DNA of 64,000 nucleotides from assembly GCF_963921235.1 (NCBI RefSeq), contig NC_086097.1, positions 23,624,001 to 23,688,000 on the forward strand, written 5' to 3'. Shown here one piece after another: positions 37,431-49,525 of the stretch. The notes beneath the pieces were generated by a model, which was not told the DNA's origin, searched no databases, and was given only the letters and a program-made list of their open reading frames with translations. A program made the position numbers and the translations under genes. Position 1 is the stretch's first letter. Every line of letters begins with the position of its first letter. The stretch comes from Mobula hypostoma (lineage: Eukaryota).

Positions 37431-38944
37431 CATGTTCCAAAGCCTTTAAATTTTCTTTTTTAATTCTGCATATTTCTGGTGTTTTTCACATTGATTTCTG
37501 TAAGTTATGTGTGTTTGGAATGGTTATATCTATTGTTATTTATTGTTATTATTTGTTTTACTTGTATGTGCACATTTTTTCTTCTTGGTTATTTGTCTTT
37601 GTGTGTAGTTTTTCATTGATTCTATTGTATTTCTTTGTTCTACTGTGAATGCCTACAAGAAAATGGATACGTGGTGACATATATTTAATTTGATTATAAA
37701 TTTGCTTTAGTCTTATGATCTTATATATTTAAGAATGTTTCATTTAGACCCTTTTTGTGTGAAGTATGCATGTTCAGCTTGTATGTATAGGGTTCAGATT
37801 CATTTATTTAGCACAGGGAAACAGACAGTGAAATGCGCCATTTGCATTAACAGTCAGCACTGTCTAAGGGTGTGCAGGGAGCAGGCCACAAGCATCACCA
37901 CGCGTTCTGGCGCCTGGCGCTAACATAACAAGCCTCCAATACTCAGCCAAACAACACAGGACAGAACAAAACTGAACACAACAAGCAACAAAACAACTGT
38001 AGTAACTTCTACTTTGAAAAAGGCACACTCGACAACTTCATGCCCAAGAAACAACTTTATCTCGAACTTCAAAATCGTTATGTATATACAGAGGCTTTTT
38101 ACAACCTGTATGGCATGGCAGGGACACTATATACAAAGCCCACCGGAAGTGAAAAAGAACAGAAGTAGAACCCCCATTATCCTAATTAGTATTAACTTAC
38201 TTTTAATAATGCTCACATTACAACAACAACTACAGTAAAATATGTATTTAAACCGCACCCCCCCCATCCACCCACATACTCACTCACCCCTTCACACATG
38301 CAGACAGTCCTTTTCTCAAGTAACTCCCAAAATGGGAGCAATTTTTCTGCATAAGGTACTCTGTGATCAGAAATGGCTTTGCATATTGATTAAGTAAATT
38401 CAAGTTGGAGTTAAATTTCTGGACCAGAAAGGAATTAAATTAAGGATGACACTGTAGCATAGCAGTTAGTTTAACGCTATTACGCTAATGATCTGGGTTC
38501 CTTTCCTGCCGCTGTCTGTAAGGAGTTCATACCTTCTCCCCGTGACCATGTGGGTTTCATCCAGGTGCTCTGGTTTCCTCCTACTTTCCAAAACTGTGTG
38601 GGTTAGTAGGTTAATTGGTCACAGGGGTGTAATTGGGCAGCGTGGGCTTGTTGGGCCAGAATGGCCTTAACATCTGTATCTTTAATTACAGTTAAGAGGA
38701 GCGGGCAAGAATGTAACATTGAGCCCAATGATATGTTTAGACAGTTCCCCCATGGGGAACGGTCAGAAAAGATTATATGAGGCAAACATAGAACAGCTAT
38801 GATCCACTTGAATGGAGGGATAGACCTGAGGGACCTAATGATCTATTTGTGCTCCAAAGGAGGTACAGGAGCCTGATGACCCTCGCTCAGTATTTTAACA
38901 CCAGCTTCTTCCCTCCACTATCAGATTTCAGAACAGTCCTTGAA

Positions 38945-39425
38945 CCATAAGACCCTAAGACACAGGAGCAGAATTAGACCATTCCATCATGGCTGATTTA
39001 TTATCCCTGTCAACCCCATACTCCTGTCTTCTCCCAGTAAACTGTGATGCCCTTACTAATCACAAACCTATCAATCTCCGCTTTAAAGATACCCAGTGAC
39101 TTGGCATCCACTGCTGTCAGTGTTAATGAACTCCACCCTCTGGCTGAGAAAATCCGCCTCATCTCTGTTCTAAAGGGACATCATTGTATTCTGAGACTGT
39201 GCCCTCTGGCCCTTGACCCTCCCACTATATTGGAAACATCCTCTCCACATCCACTTTATCTCAGCCTTTCATTACTTGATGAGTTTCAATGAGATCATCC
39301 CTCATTTTTATAAACTCCAGCAAATATAAGATCATAAGACAAAGAAGCAGAATTAGGCCATTCAGCCCATCGAGAAGGCTCCACCATTCCATCATGGCTG
39401 ATTTATTATCCCTCTCAACCCTGCT
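38945..39425 (-). mobile_element. Two CR1 3' fragments
   Basis: Two CATAAGAC...GCAGAATTAG tail starts (38946 and 39333) with CR1 C-terminal coding remnants. Confidence 0.7.
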
Positions 39426-39683
39426 CTGTGCACTATCTGAAATGGAACCAGAAGCAGAATCAGTGGGTAACACTTGGAAAAGAATCGGACACATGTTTCT
39501 GAGTAACAAAAAAAAATAGAGGGCCTTTGGGAAGGGTGATGAGTTGAAGCTACCTGCTAAGCCTTCAATTCACACATGGCATCAAAAACTCCTTTCAGTG
39601 CTTTAAGAAAAAGACTTAAAGCATATATAAATCTTTCCCCAGTCGCATCATATCCCAAATGCTCTTCCATCTAAAATTCTAGC

Positions 39684-40027
39684 TGTTATGTATTGCACAG
39701 AGCAGGGATGGCAACAGAGTAGTTTGATTAGACATGTTTACTGATTCGTGTTATTAACAGTACCTGTTGAGAAACTTGCAGTGCAGGAGAGATGAACTGG
39801 GCCTGCCGAGACAAAAATATGCACACTTGAAAGCCCGCATTGTGGTGATATGATGTATAAGAATGTGATTGGAGAGCGTTCTGAGCATGTGCAGGGATGA
39901 TAGAAAGATTGAAAAAACATGGTATTGTGAAAACGTTGTGGTTGTTGTTAAATAAAAGTTCTAGTTTAAACAGAAGATGGTACTTTATTAGTAACACACG
40001 GTATGTATGAATATAAAGAACACAACA
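39684..40027 (+). repeat. 5' LTR (344 bp)
   Basis: TGTTATGT...ACACAACA inverted termini, AATAAA near 39951, followed directly by the PBS. The 5' boundary rests on the TG motif only. Confidence 0.8.
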
Positions 40028-40045
40028 TGGTGTCAGAAGTGGGAT
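40028..40045 (+). promoter_or_regulatory. Primer-binding site complementary to tRNA-Leu(CAA) 3' end
   Basis: TGGTGTCAGAAGTGGGAT is the reverse complement of ATCCCACTTCTGACACCA, the 3' 18 nt of vertebrate tRNA-Leu(CAA) as I recall it. Confidence 0.85.
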
Positions 40046-40054
40046 AGAAGAATA

Positions 40055-42300
40055 AGAGTGACGTAGTTAATTCAGAAACAAAGGTTCTGAACTTAAAGAG
40101 GGGTAACTTTGAAGGTATGAGACATGAATTAGCTAAGATAGACTGGCAAATGACACTTCAAGGATTGACGGTGGATATGCAATGGCAGGCATTTAAAGGT
40201 TGCATGGATGAACTACAACAATTGTTCATCCCAGTTTGGCAAAAGAATAAATCAAGGAAGGTAGTGCACCCGTGGCTGACAAGAGAAATTAGGGATAGTA
40301 TCAATTCCAAAGAAGTAGCATACAAATTAGCCAGAGAAAGTGGCTCACCTGAGGACTGGGAGAAATTCAGAGTTCAGCAGAGGAGGACAAAGGGCTTAAT
40401 TAGGAAGGGGAAAAAAGATTATGAGAGAAAACTGGCAGAGAACATAAAAACGGACTGTAAAAGCTTTTATAGATATGTAAAAAGGAAAAGACTGATAAAG
40501 ACAAATGTAGGTCCCCTGCAAACAGAAACAGGTGAATTGATTATGGGGAGCAAGGACATGGCAGACCAATTGAATAATTACTTTGGTTCTGTCTTCACTA
40601 AGGAGGACATAAATAATCTTCCAGAAATAGTAAGGGACAGAGGGTCCAGTGAGATGGAGGAACTGAGCGAAATACATGTTAGTAGGGAAGTGGTGTTAGG
40701 TAAATTGAAGGGATTGAAGGCAGATAAATCCCCAGGGCCAGATGGTCTGCATCCCAGAGTGCTTAAGGAAGTGGCCCAAGAAATAGTGGATGCATTAGTG
40801 ATAATTTTTCAAAACTCGTTAGATTCTGGACTAGTTCCTGAGGATTGGAGGGTGGCTAATGTAACCCCACTTTTTAAAAAAGGAGGGAGAGAGAAACCGG
40901 GGAATTATAGGCCGGTTAGCCTAACGTCGGTGGTGGGGAAACTGCTGGAGTCAGTTATCAAGGATGTGATAACAGCACATTTGGAAAGCGGTGAAATGAT
41001 CGGACAAAGTCAGCATGGATTTGTGAAAGGAAAATCATGTCTGACGAATCTCATAGAATTTTTTGAGGATGTAACTAGTAGAGTGGATAGGGGAGAACCA
41101 GTGGATGTGGTATATTTGGATTTTCAAAAGGCTTTTGACAAGGTCCCACACAGGAGATTAGTGTGCAAACTTAAAGCACATGGTATTGGGGGTAAGGTAT
41201 TGGTGTGGGTGGAGAATTGGTTAGCAGACAGGAAGCAAAGAGTGGGAATAAACGGGACCTTTTCAGAATGGCAGGCGGTGACTAGTGGGGTACCGCAAGG
41301 CTCAGTGCTGGGACCCCAGTTGTTTACAATATATATTAATGACTTGGATGAGGAAATTAAATGCAGCATCTCCAAGTTTGCGGATGACACGAAGCTGGGT
41401 GGCAGTGTTAGCAGTGAGGAGGATGCTAAGAGGATGCAGGGTGACTTGGATAGGTTGGGTGAGTGGGCAAACTCATGGCAGATGCAATTTAATGTGGATA
41501 AATGTGAAGTTATCCACTTTGGTGGCAAAAATAGGAAAACAGATTATTATCTGAATGGTGGCCGATTAGGAAAAGGGGAGGTGCAACGAGACCTGGGTGT
41601 CATTATACACCAGTCATTGAAAGTGGGCATGCAGGTACAGCAGGCGGTGAAAAAGGCGAACGGTATGCTGGCATTTATAGCGAGAGGATTCGAGTACAGG
41701 AGCAGGGAGGTACTACTGCAGTTGTACAAGGCCTTGGTGAGACCACACCTGGAGTATTGTGTGCAGTTTTGGTCCCCTAATCTGAGGAAAGACATCCTTG
41801 CCATAGAGGGAGTACAAAGAAGGTTCACCAGATTGATTCCTGGGATGGCAGGTCTTTCATATGAAGAAAGACTGGATGAACTGGGCTTGTACTCGTTGGA
41901 ATTTAGAAGATTGAGGGGGGATCTGATTGAAACGTATAAGATCCTAAAGGGATTGGACAGGCTAGATGCGGGAAGATTGTTCCCGATGTTGGGGAGGTCT
42001 AGAACGAGGGGTCACAGTTTGAGGATAGAGGGGAAGCCTTTTAGGACCGAGGTTAGGAAAAACTTCTTCACACAGAGAGTGGTGAATCTGTGGAATTCTC
42101 TGCCACAGCAAACTGTTGAGGCCAGTTCATTAGCTATGTTTAAAAGGAAGTTAGATATGGCCCTTGTGGCTACAGGGGTCACGGGGTATGGAGGGAAGGC
42201 TGGGTTCTGAGTTGGATGATCAGCCATGATCATAATAAATGGCGGTGCAGGCTCGAAGGGCCGAATGGCCTACTCCTGCACCTATTTTCTATGTTTCTAT
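40055..42300 (+). mobile_element. Young 5'-truncated CR1 LINE
   Basis: Uninterrupted ORF2 frame, CR1 3' UTR, TTCTATGTTTCTAT tail, AATA at 40051-40054 and 42301-42304. Confidence 0.95.
40117..42210 (+). CDS. CR1 ORF2 reverse transcriptase region (697 aa, endonuclease domain absent)
   Basis: KSPGPDGLHPRVLKE, NYRPVSLTS, QHGF, YLDFQKAFDKVPH, GVPQGSVLGP, FADDTKLGG, WQMQFNVDKC, RDLGV, FFTQRVVNLWNSLP; no stops. Expression is unknown. Confidence 0.85.
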   Translation: MRHELAKIDWQMTLQGLTVDMQWQAFKGCMDELQQLFIPVWQKNKSRKVVHPWLTREIRDSINSKEVAYKLARESGSPEDWEKFRVQQRRTKGLIRKGKKDYERKLAENIKTDCKSFYRYVKRKRLIKTNVGPLQTETGELIMGSKDMADQLNNYFGSVFTKEDINNLPEIVRDRGSSEMEELSEIHVSREVVLGKLKGLKADKSPGPDGLHPRVLKEVAQEIVDALVIIFQNSLDSGLVPEDWRVANVTPLFKKGGREKPGNYRPVSLTSVVGKLLESVIKDVITAHLESGEMIGQSQHGFVKGKSCLTNLIEFFEDVTSRVDRGEPVDVVYLDFQKAFDKVPHRRLVCKLKAHGIGGKVLVWVENWLADRKQRVGINGTFSEWQAVTSGVPQGSVLGPQLFTIYINDLDEEIKCSISKFADDTKLGGSVSSEEDAKRMQGDLDRLGEWANSWQMQFNVDKCEVIHFGGKNRKTDYYLNGGRLGKGEVQRDLGVIIHQSLKVGMQVQQAVKKANGMLAFIARGFEYRSREVLLQLYKALVRPHLEYCVQFWSPNLRKDILAIEGVQRRFTRLIPGMAGLSYEERLDELGLYSLEFRRLRGDLIETYKILKGLDRLDAGRLFPMLGRSRTRGHSLRIEGKPFRTEVRKNFFTQRVVNLWNSLPQQTVEASSLAMFKRKLDMALVATGVTGYGGKAGF

Positions 42301-42386
42301 AATACGTTTCCTAACATGGGAGAATCGAAGATAATTTTCTGAAAAAAGGGTTCGAACTGTTTTGGTGTTTGCTAACAGTTTTACAA

Positions 42387-43118
42387 ATGGAAGGTTTGCA
42401 GCCTCCGTCGACACTTCACTTGTCTGGGAATGTAGTTGAGAACTGGAGAAAATTTAAGCAATGTTTTGAATTGTGTTGATTGGCGATCGATGCGGATCGA
42501 AAATTGGAAAAAACGAAAGCTGCGCTTCTACTCCACATAATAGGTGACAATGTAATTGAGGTATATAATCATTTTATTTTTGAAAATGGAGATAATTTAA
42601 AGTTAAAATCGATAATGGACAAATTTGAAGCATTTTGTATACCGAAGCGTAATGTGATATACGAGCGGCATAGATTTTTTACATGTACACAGAGAGCTGG
42701 TGAAACTATTGATCAATATGTTACTGAGTTGAGACACCGGAGTAAAACTTGCAAGTTTGGAGAACTGACAGACTCTGTCATTAAAGACAGAAGTGTTTGT
42801 GGCATTCTGAATAATGGTCTGAGAGAAAGACTGTTAAGAGAAAAAGACTTAGACATGGATAAAGCTTTGATGCTCTGCAAAGCTTCAGAAACCGTGACGT
42901 CACAGGCTAAAGAACTTTTCATTGAGAACTGTAATGTAGACGTTGTGAGGAAGTGCAAACATATTAGAAAAAATAATAAAATGACAACAAAAATGACAGA
43001 GAGCAAGACGTCATCTGAGAGCATCGGCCAAAACAGTGTCCAGCATATGGGAAAATGTGTAACGACTGCAGTAAGAGTAATCATTTTTCATACTGTTGCA
43101 GAAGGTGAAAGAAAATAA
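42387..43118 (+). pseudogene. Gypsy gag remnant
   Basis: ATG at 42387 reads MEGLQPPSTLHLSGNVVENWRKFKQ, with an in-frame TGA at 42477, then YERHRFFTCTQRAGETIDQYVTELR and LRERLLREKDL. Confidence 0.85.
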
Positions 43119-43132
43119 AACTAGTAAATGCA

Positions 43133-45943
43133 GTGCTTGAAAATGAACTTGAGTTTTATATTGATGTGTTTTGTGAAAACAAACAAAGTAAGAATGACTG
43201 GACTATTCCATTGCAAGTGAACCAAAACAATATTCTGTTTAAACTTGATGCTGGAGCACAAGTAAATGTTCTTGCAGAATCTGAGTTTAATGCATTAAAG
43301 CCAAGACCAAAGTTACATAAGACAAACATAAAAGTGACTGGGTATTCAGGTGCAGACATTCCAGTTAAGGGAACATGTGTGGCAAAAGTATCACACAAAA
43401 CTATTGTGCACACGCTTTCATTTGTGGTGGTGGCAAAGAATGTACAGTAAATACTGGGTTTATCTGCCTGTGAGAGACTGAATTTGGTGAAAAGATCTTA
43501 GTCCTGGACAGTGACACAGAGTGAGAATACAGTGACTTGATGAAAGAGTATGAAGACTTGTTCAAAGGGCTTGGTTGTCTTCCAGAAGAGCACACGATTA
43601 AAATTGACAACACAGTGCCACCCGTAGTACATCCATGTAGAAAAGTGCCTTTTGCATTACGTCATCAACTGAAAACAGAGCTAGAAAGAATGGAATGACA
43701 AAGAGTCATAAAAAAAATTGATGAACCGACTGAATGGGTCAATTGGCTTGTCATTGTTGATAAGAAAAATGGAAAACTGAGGACTTGCTTAGATCAAAGA
43801 GACTTGAATTGAGCCATTAAAAGAGAGCATTTCAAACTGCCTGCTCATCAAGAAATTATGTCACAGTTTGCTAATGCAAAGTACTTTAGTAAATTAGATG
43901 CATCTTCAGGATTCTGGCAACTTAAACTAGATGAACCGAGTTCAAAGTTGTGTACCTTTAACTCTCCTTTTGTCAGATATTGTTTTCTTGGGCTTCTGTT
44001 TGGAATTGCATCAGCTCCTGAAGTGTACCATAAAACTATTCACATGCTATATGAGCACATTGAGGGTGTGGATACTTCCATAGACAATATTATTGTTTGA
44101 GGATCATCTAAACAAGAGCATGACACCAGACTCAAGACAAGTCTTTGAGGCAACACGCAAGGCAAACCTGAAGTTGAATGAAGACAATTGTCAGCTAGGA
44201 GTGACTGAACTTACCTTTGTGGGTGATATCATCAGCAATGAGGGTGTGCGTCCTGGTCCATTGAAGGTTTCTGCTATTGAGAACATGCCAAGACTGCAAC
44301 GTAAAAAGGATGTTCACAGGTTTATGGGAATGGTTAACTACATGGGAAAATTCATACCCAATCTTTCGGAACAACTTGCTCCATTGAGGCAGATAACAAA
44401 AGGGAGAAATGAATGGAGCTGGAACCACGAACAGGAGAAGGCATGGCAAAATCTCAAGAAAGTGCTCACTAAAGAACCAGTGTTGAAATTTTATGATGCT
44501 GAGACCCCCATCAAAATCTCATGTGATGCATCTCAAGCAGGCTTAGGGGCAGTATTACTCCAAAAACATGATCAGGAATGGCTACGGGTGACATATGCAT
44601 CTCGTTCATTATCCGATCCAGAAACAAGGTATGCCCAAGTTGAAAAAGAATTGCTCAGCATCGTGTTTGCTTGTGAGAGATTTCACCAGTTTGTGTCAGG
44701 GTAAGCTATTGATGTTGAAACTGATCATAAGCCTCTGATTGCATTGTTTCACAAACCTTTAAGTAACTGTCCTTCGCGAATTCAGCGAATGATGATCAAA
44801 TTGCAAAGATGTGCATTGAATGTGTCATACACACCTGGAAGATTCATGTACACGGCTGACACACTTCCCAGAGCTGTGGATCCAACAACAAAAGACAGTC
44901 ACAGGGACACTGTTGATGTTCAGGCATTTGTTGATATTGATCATAGAGACTGTACCTGTTGCTTCCAAAAAATTGGAACTGCTGCGTCTGGAGAGAGAGG
45001 GACAGAATTCTTAGTCAGGTAATGCAAGTGGTGATGGATGGATGGCCAGATAATAAGCATGACTGTACCTTAGATGTACAAGAATATTGGAACCACAGAT
45101 CAGAACTTTCTGTTGTGGATGGGATATTGTACAAAGGCAGCAGAAATGTGATTCCTAAAAGTCTCCAAAAAGAAATGCTTGGGAAGATTCATGAAGGCCA
45201 CCTAGGTATTGAAAAAGGTAAGAGAAGGGTGCGGGGAGTGATGTTTTGGCTCAGGATGAATCAAGAAATTGCAGAATTGGTGTCTTCTTGTCAAATATGC
45301 CTTAAATACCAAACTAGCAACCCTAAGGGAACACTGCATCCACATCCTAGTTGTCAGAGACCTTATCAAAAGGTAGGCATTGATCTTTTTGTAGCTGAGA
45401 ACAAAGATTATCTATTAATAACATATTACTGCTCACTGTATCCTGAAGTATGTGGTCCAAGCAGAACAACAACAGAGAATGTAACTACATGCATGAAATC
45501 AGTTTTTTCCAGACATGGTGTACCTGATGAAGTTTTCACAGACAGTGGTCCACAATTCACTGGTGAATGCATGAGACATTTTGCTCATGAATGGGGCTTT
45601 GTTCATACAACATCTAGTCCATTTTTCCCTCAGTCCAATGGATTAGTTGAGAAGTCGCTAGGAATTATTAAGAAACTGATGCACAAAGCAAAAGATGGTG
45701 GGAGGTGATTTTTATAAAGTTTTGTTAGCCTATCGCAGTACTCCACTTGAATGTGGATTTTCACTTGCTCAGTTCTTGATGGGATGCCGTTTGAGATCCA
45801 ATCTACCAATAGATGAGAACTTTCTGAGAACAGAGGGAGGTGAACAAGTGAAAAGATGGAAAGATGAATACAAAGCAAAGCAGAAAACATACTTTGACAG
45901 ATGTCTCATCCATTACCTGAACTGCACGAAGGAGATGAAGTAA
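43133..45943 (+). pseudogene. Gypsy pol remnant (PR-RT-RNase H-IN)
   Basis: FKLDAGAQVNV (protease), FSKLDASSGFWQ and degenerate SIDNIIV (RT), DASQAGLGAVLLQ and RYAQVEKELL (RNase H), HEGHLG...CQIC, IDLF, TDSGPQF and SNGLVEK (integrase); many frameshifts. Confidence 0.92.
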
Positions 45944-46014
45944 GGATACAAGACAAAATGAACACATGGACACAAAGCTATAGTACAACCCAGATCATAC
46001 ATGGTCCAAACAGA

Positions 46015-46266
46015 AGGGAATGATAGATTGAGAAACATGGTATTGTAAAAACATTGTGGTTGTTGATAAATATAAGTTTTAGTTTAGTAGTAGAGCTACT
46101 AGGACTTGATGTTTCAATCCCTATGGTAAGTCGGCACTCTCGATCTTGGCAGTGGGCTTGGAGTGGTGACAAGGAGGCAGGGTAGGTACGTCATTGGGGT
46201 CATCAGGTGGACAAGATGGTTCTTTATTAGTAACCCCCGGTACGTATGAATATAAAGAACACAACA
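46015..46266 (+). repeat. Partial 3' LTR with an internal ~126-bp insertion
   Basis: Matches 5' LTR ~39893-40027 except for extra sequence at 46087-46212. Confidence 0.85.
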
Positions 46267-46439
46267 CACGTGAAAAGACAAGGTGTGTGTTGGAGGCCCA
46301 GTTGATTCACTGCACAAACACATACGCACTTGCCACATTCTCGCAATCGGCCTCGTATGATTCCTTCAGCACTCTCATAATACACAAGCTCCACATGTAA
46401 ATCTCTGTACAGACCCAAACACTGTTTCATTTAGTTTTT

Positions 46440-46648
46440 ATTTATCAGCGATACAACACGTTTCAGGACCTTCCGACCCAATGAGCCTGCACCACCCATT
46501 ACAGACATGTGACCAATTAACGTACTGCCCCGTACTTTAGAATGTGGGTGGAAACCTACATGCCCACAGAGAGAATGTACAAACTCCTTACTGATGGCAG
46601 CAGGAACTGAACCTGGTTGCTGGTACTGTAATAGTGTTATTTTTACCG
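46440..46648 (-). mobile_element. V-SINE (HE1-like), decayed
   Basis: AGAATGTACAAACTCCTTAC V-domain complement and a tRNA-like head. Confidence 0.65.
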
Positions 46649-48278
46649 CTACTCTACTGCGCCACCCTGTGTCAGCAGAGCTGAGGACTGGTTAGTGCAT
46701 CAAGGATAACTCCCCTGTTCATCTACATAGTATAGAGTTTTTGTGCTGCGTCAAGCTGGGAGGGTTGACGGGTTATAGGTTAAACTGAATCAGCATTAGA
46801 GGTTCGACCCGAAGGCTGAAGCCCTGCGTCTGCGAATCTGTGAGTTCCCTGGGGAAGTCCGAGGTCTGACATCTGCGAACCTGTGAGCCCACTAGAGTCT
46901 CAGTGATGATCAGTCCTCGGGTTAGAGGCCTGCCTGCGTGTGCGGGAAGGAGCAAAGAGCTTCTTTGCTGTTGCTGTTGACGACGTTGTTGCTTGTGTCA
47001 TTCTGCTGAGCATTGTGGGTATGTTAGGCTGGTGCCAGGCTGTGTGGTTGCAGGGAACATGGTGGAACGTGGCGGAACGTGGCATCGGAATGTATGGTGA
47101 CACCAGGGGCTGCTTTCAGCACATTCTCAGGTTGTGTTGGTTGCCATTTCACTGCATGTTTTGATGTAGAGGTTTGATGTGATAAGTAAACTTGCAACCA
47201 GATCTGAATCGCCTGAATCATATGCCTTGGTAGACTATTTCAGGTGTTAACCACACTGGTTTGCAGTCACGCTCAGGTCCAACATGATGACAACAACGAT
47301 AGCGTAGTGTTTGGCACAATGCTATTACAGCCTTGGGACGTAGGATTTCAGAGTTCAATTCGAGCGCCATCTGTAAGCAGTTTATTCATTCTCCCCGTGA
47401 CCTCATGGGTTTCCTTCAGGTGCTCTGGTTTTCCCCAGTTAACAGTTGGTTGTTACTGTCATTGGCACATTTCACTATATATTTGTGTACAATACATGTT
47501 CAAAATACACTAAAACTTCCTCCCAGAGGCCGCTAATGAAGATTTTCAAAGATCGGAACAGTTTGAAGAAGATAAACAGCAAAAGTATGCTGATGAATAA
47601 ACAACAGACATATTAGACAGGATTATGATTAGAAGAATAAAAAGAAGTAGTCTAAAAAGTTATTAAAGCATGTAATGCTTTTCCACTAGCTCCTGAGGGA
47701 AACTCTGCCAAAGACTATAACAGAGTTTAAAATTGAATTGGGCATGCATAAAGAGGTACATGAAAAGTGGAGATAAAGTGGATTAGAGCAGATAGTGCAG
47801 TTAATGAGCTAATGTTTGCAATGGCACAATCATCTGAACTGTATTAGACTTCTGTGCTGTAATTTTTCCAACACGATCACTACTTCATTTAGGATCACAT
47901 AACAAATTCATCCTCAAATGTTTTTTTTTTCTCTGTTTGATTCACTTTATCTTGCTGGCAGAAAGGACGCCCTTATCAGATCATTTGTTTATAGCAAGTG
48001 TGTCAATCCAATTACCAGAAGTCTAATTACTCACGTCGAGCTGGCAGCACTGGCAACCCGTAAAAGAGACGGTGGTTAGACTGGAGAAGGTATGTTTTTT
48101 GCCTTAAAGCAAAGAAGAGGTGATTTGTTAGAGGCATCTACAATAATAAAATAAAATCATCTGATGTCAGAAACACTCAGTAGTCAGTCTGCAAGAGTAA
48201 CTAACTATTGCTGTGCCGGCTGAAAGCATTGGGTTCAGCCACAATGGTTCGAAAGGCAAAAGTTGCTATTCACAGAGA

Positions 48279-48692
48279 GGGCGGCATGGTAGCGTAGTGG
48301 TTAGCACAAAACTTTACAGTGCAGATGACTCGGGTTCAATTCCCGCTGCTGCCTGTAAGGAGTTTGTACATTCTTCCTGTGAGCGTGTGGGTTTCCTCCA
48401 GGTGCTCCGGTTTCCTCCCATGGTCCTACTGGTTGGTAGGTTAATTAATTGTGACTTGTCCCATGATTAGGCTAGACTGAATTGGGGGATAGCTGTGTGG
48501 TGTGGTTCGAAGGTCCGGAAAGGCCTAATTGGCACTGTATCCCACATCTTTGAAATGTGGGAGGAAACTGGATCAGCTGGAAGAAACCCACATGTTGAGG
48601 GGGAGAACGTACAAACTCCTTACAGACAGGGGTGGGAAGTGAACCTGGGTCGTTGGCACTGTAATAGCGTGATGATAATCTCCACATTACCA
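48279..48692. mobile_element. Two V-SINEs in inverted arrangement (+ 48279-48540, - 48540-48692)
   Basis: GGGCGGCATGGTAGCGTAGTGGTTAGC...GGTTCAATTCC head with V-domain, followed by a reverse-complement V-domain and head. Confidence 0.75.
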
Positions 48693-48880
48693 ATCGGGTA
48701 TCAGGACAACTGCATAAGAGTATTGACCACTTCCGACCACTGTTCTTTGTAGAAGCTCAACGTAAGGGAGTTTGCCTTCATGTTTTCTACACTGAAATAG
48801 TGTTAAATATTTCAAAATTACCTACTTGGCATTAAAATTCTGGCGATATGCTAAAGTTCTGAAAGGCACAGTTCCATTAC

Positions 48881-49525
48881 TGTTACGTTTGTAACTCCAG
48901 AAACTAATCAAAAGGAAAACAGTGGATTCTGGGATACTTGAGTACTTAGTTTTACTTAAGAGAATTACTTACTGCCCATTATCCCTCTTGTGTTTAGGGC
49001 AGCAATGAAGGTCCTCCATCTCTGGTGGTGTTCAGGGCTTCCTTCATCACGTCATCAGCTTCCTCTCACTTCTCACTATTGTCAGTCATGCCAGTCCCAG
49101 ATGGAGACTCAGGAATGACATCGCTCTCAGATGTAGAAGGATTCTTCATTGCTGTTTCCGTAACAATGTTGTTTTACCAGTCGGGGTTGTTAGCCCTGAG
49201 GCAAACCCCCGAACCTGGAGAACTTTTGACGTGTTCGGCATGAGTGAACCTACCAAGAGCCAAAGTATGAAGCCCTGACTCCAGCCAATTTAGCTCTTCG
49301 GGGCATTGAGCCACACAAGCCTCCGAACCACGGCAAGGTTGTAGTCCTCTTTGGAGGTTACTTTAGTGAGGTGCTCATGTATGACCTGGTGGCATAATGA
49401 CATAGACCATTCATGTACTTGAACATATAACCCGTAATGAATTATGTCAACAAGCAAAGAATGCTTGCTCAAACAATACATTTACCATAATACTCAAATA
49501 TTACTGAAATATTAAATACACTACA
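48881..49525. mobile_element. Probable old solo LTR interrupted by an RTE-derived non-autonomous element (48963-49356, minus)
   Basis: TGTTA...TACA ends without a clear TSD. The insert has an RTE-like 5' region (CCTTGCCGTGGTTCGGAGGCTTG on minus) and a TAAGTAA tail, with TTACTT on both sides. Confidence 0.5.

Larger units (their letters stand above)
39684..46266 (+). mobile_element. Gypsy/Ty3-type LTR retrotransposon, decayed, interrupted by CR1
   Basis: 5' LTR, PBS, gag-PR-RT-RNaseH-IN domain order and a partial 3' LTR ending in the same TGAATATAAAGAACACAACA as the 5' LTR. No matching TSD is visible. Confidence 0.92.

Noticed and set aside
41124..41828. Antisense ORFs of 134 and 93 aa
   Set aside because: Shadow frames opposite the CR1 RT; similar ones appear opposite other CR1 copies (36426..36665).
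48279..48350. Possible tRNA gene
   Set aside because: The A/B-box head runs into the V-SINE body and has no complete cloverleaf; it is a SINE head. The PBS at 40028 is also only an 18-nt complement.
49260..49356. HDV-like ribozyme at the RTE-derived 5' end
   Set aside because: Some RTE elements are known to carry one, but I could not trace the nested double pseudoknot by eye; it needs a structure-based search.
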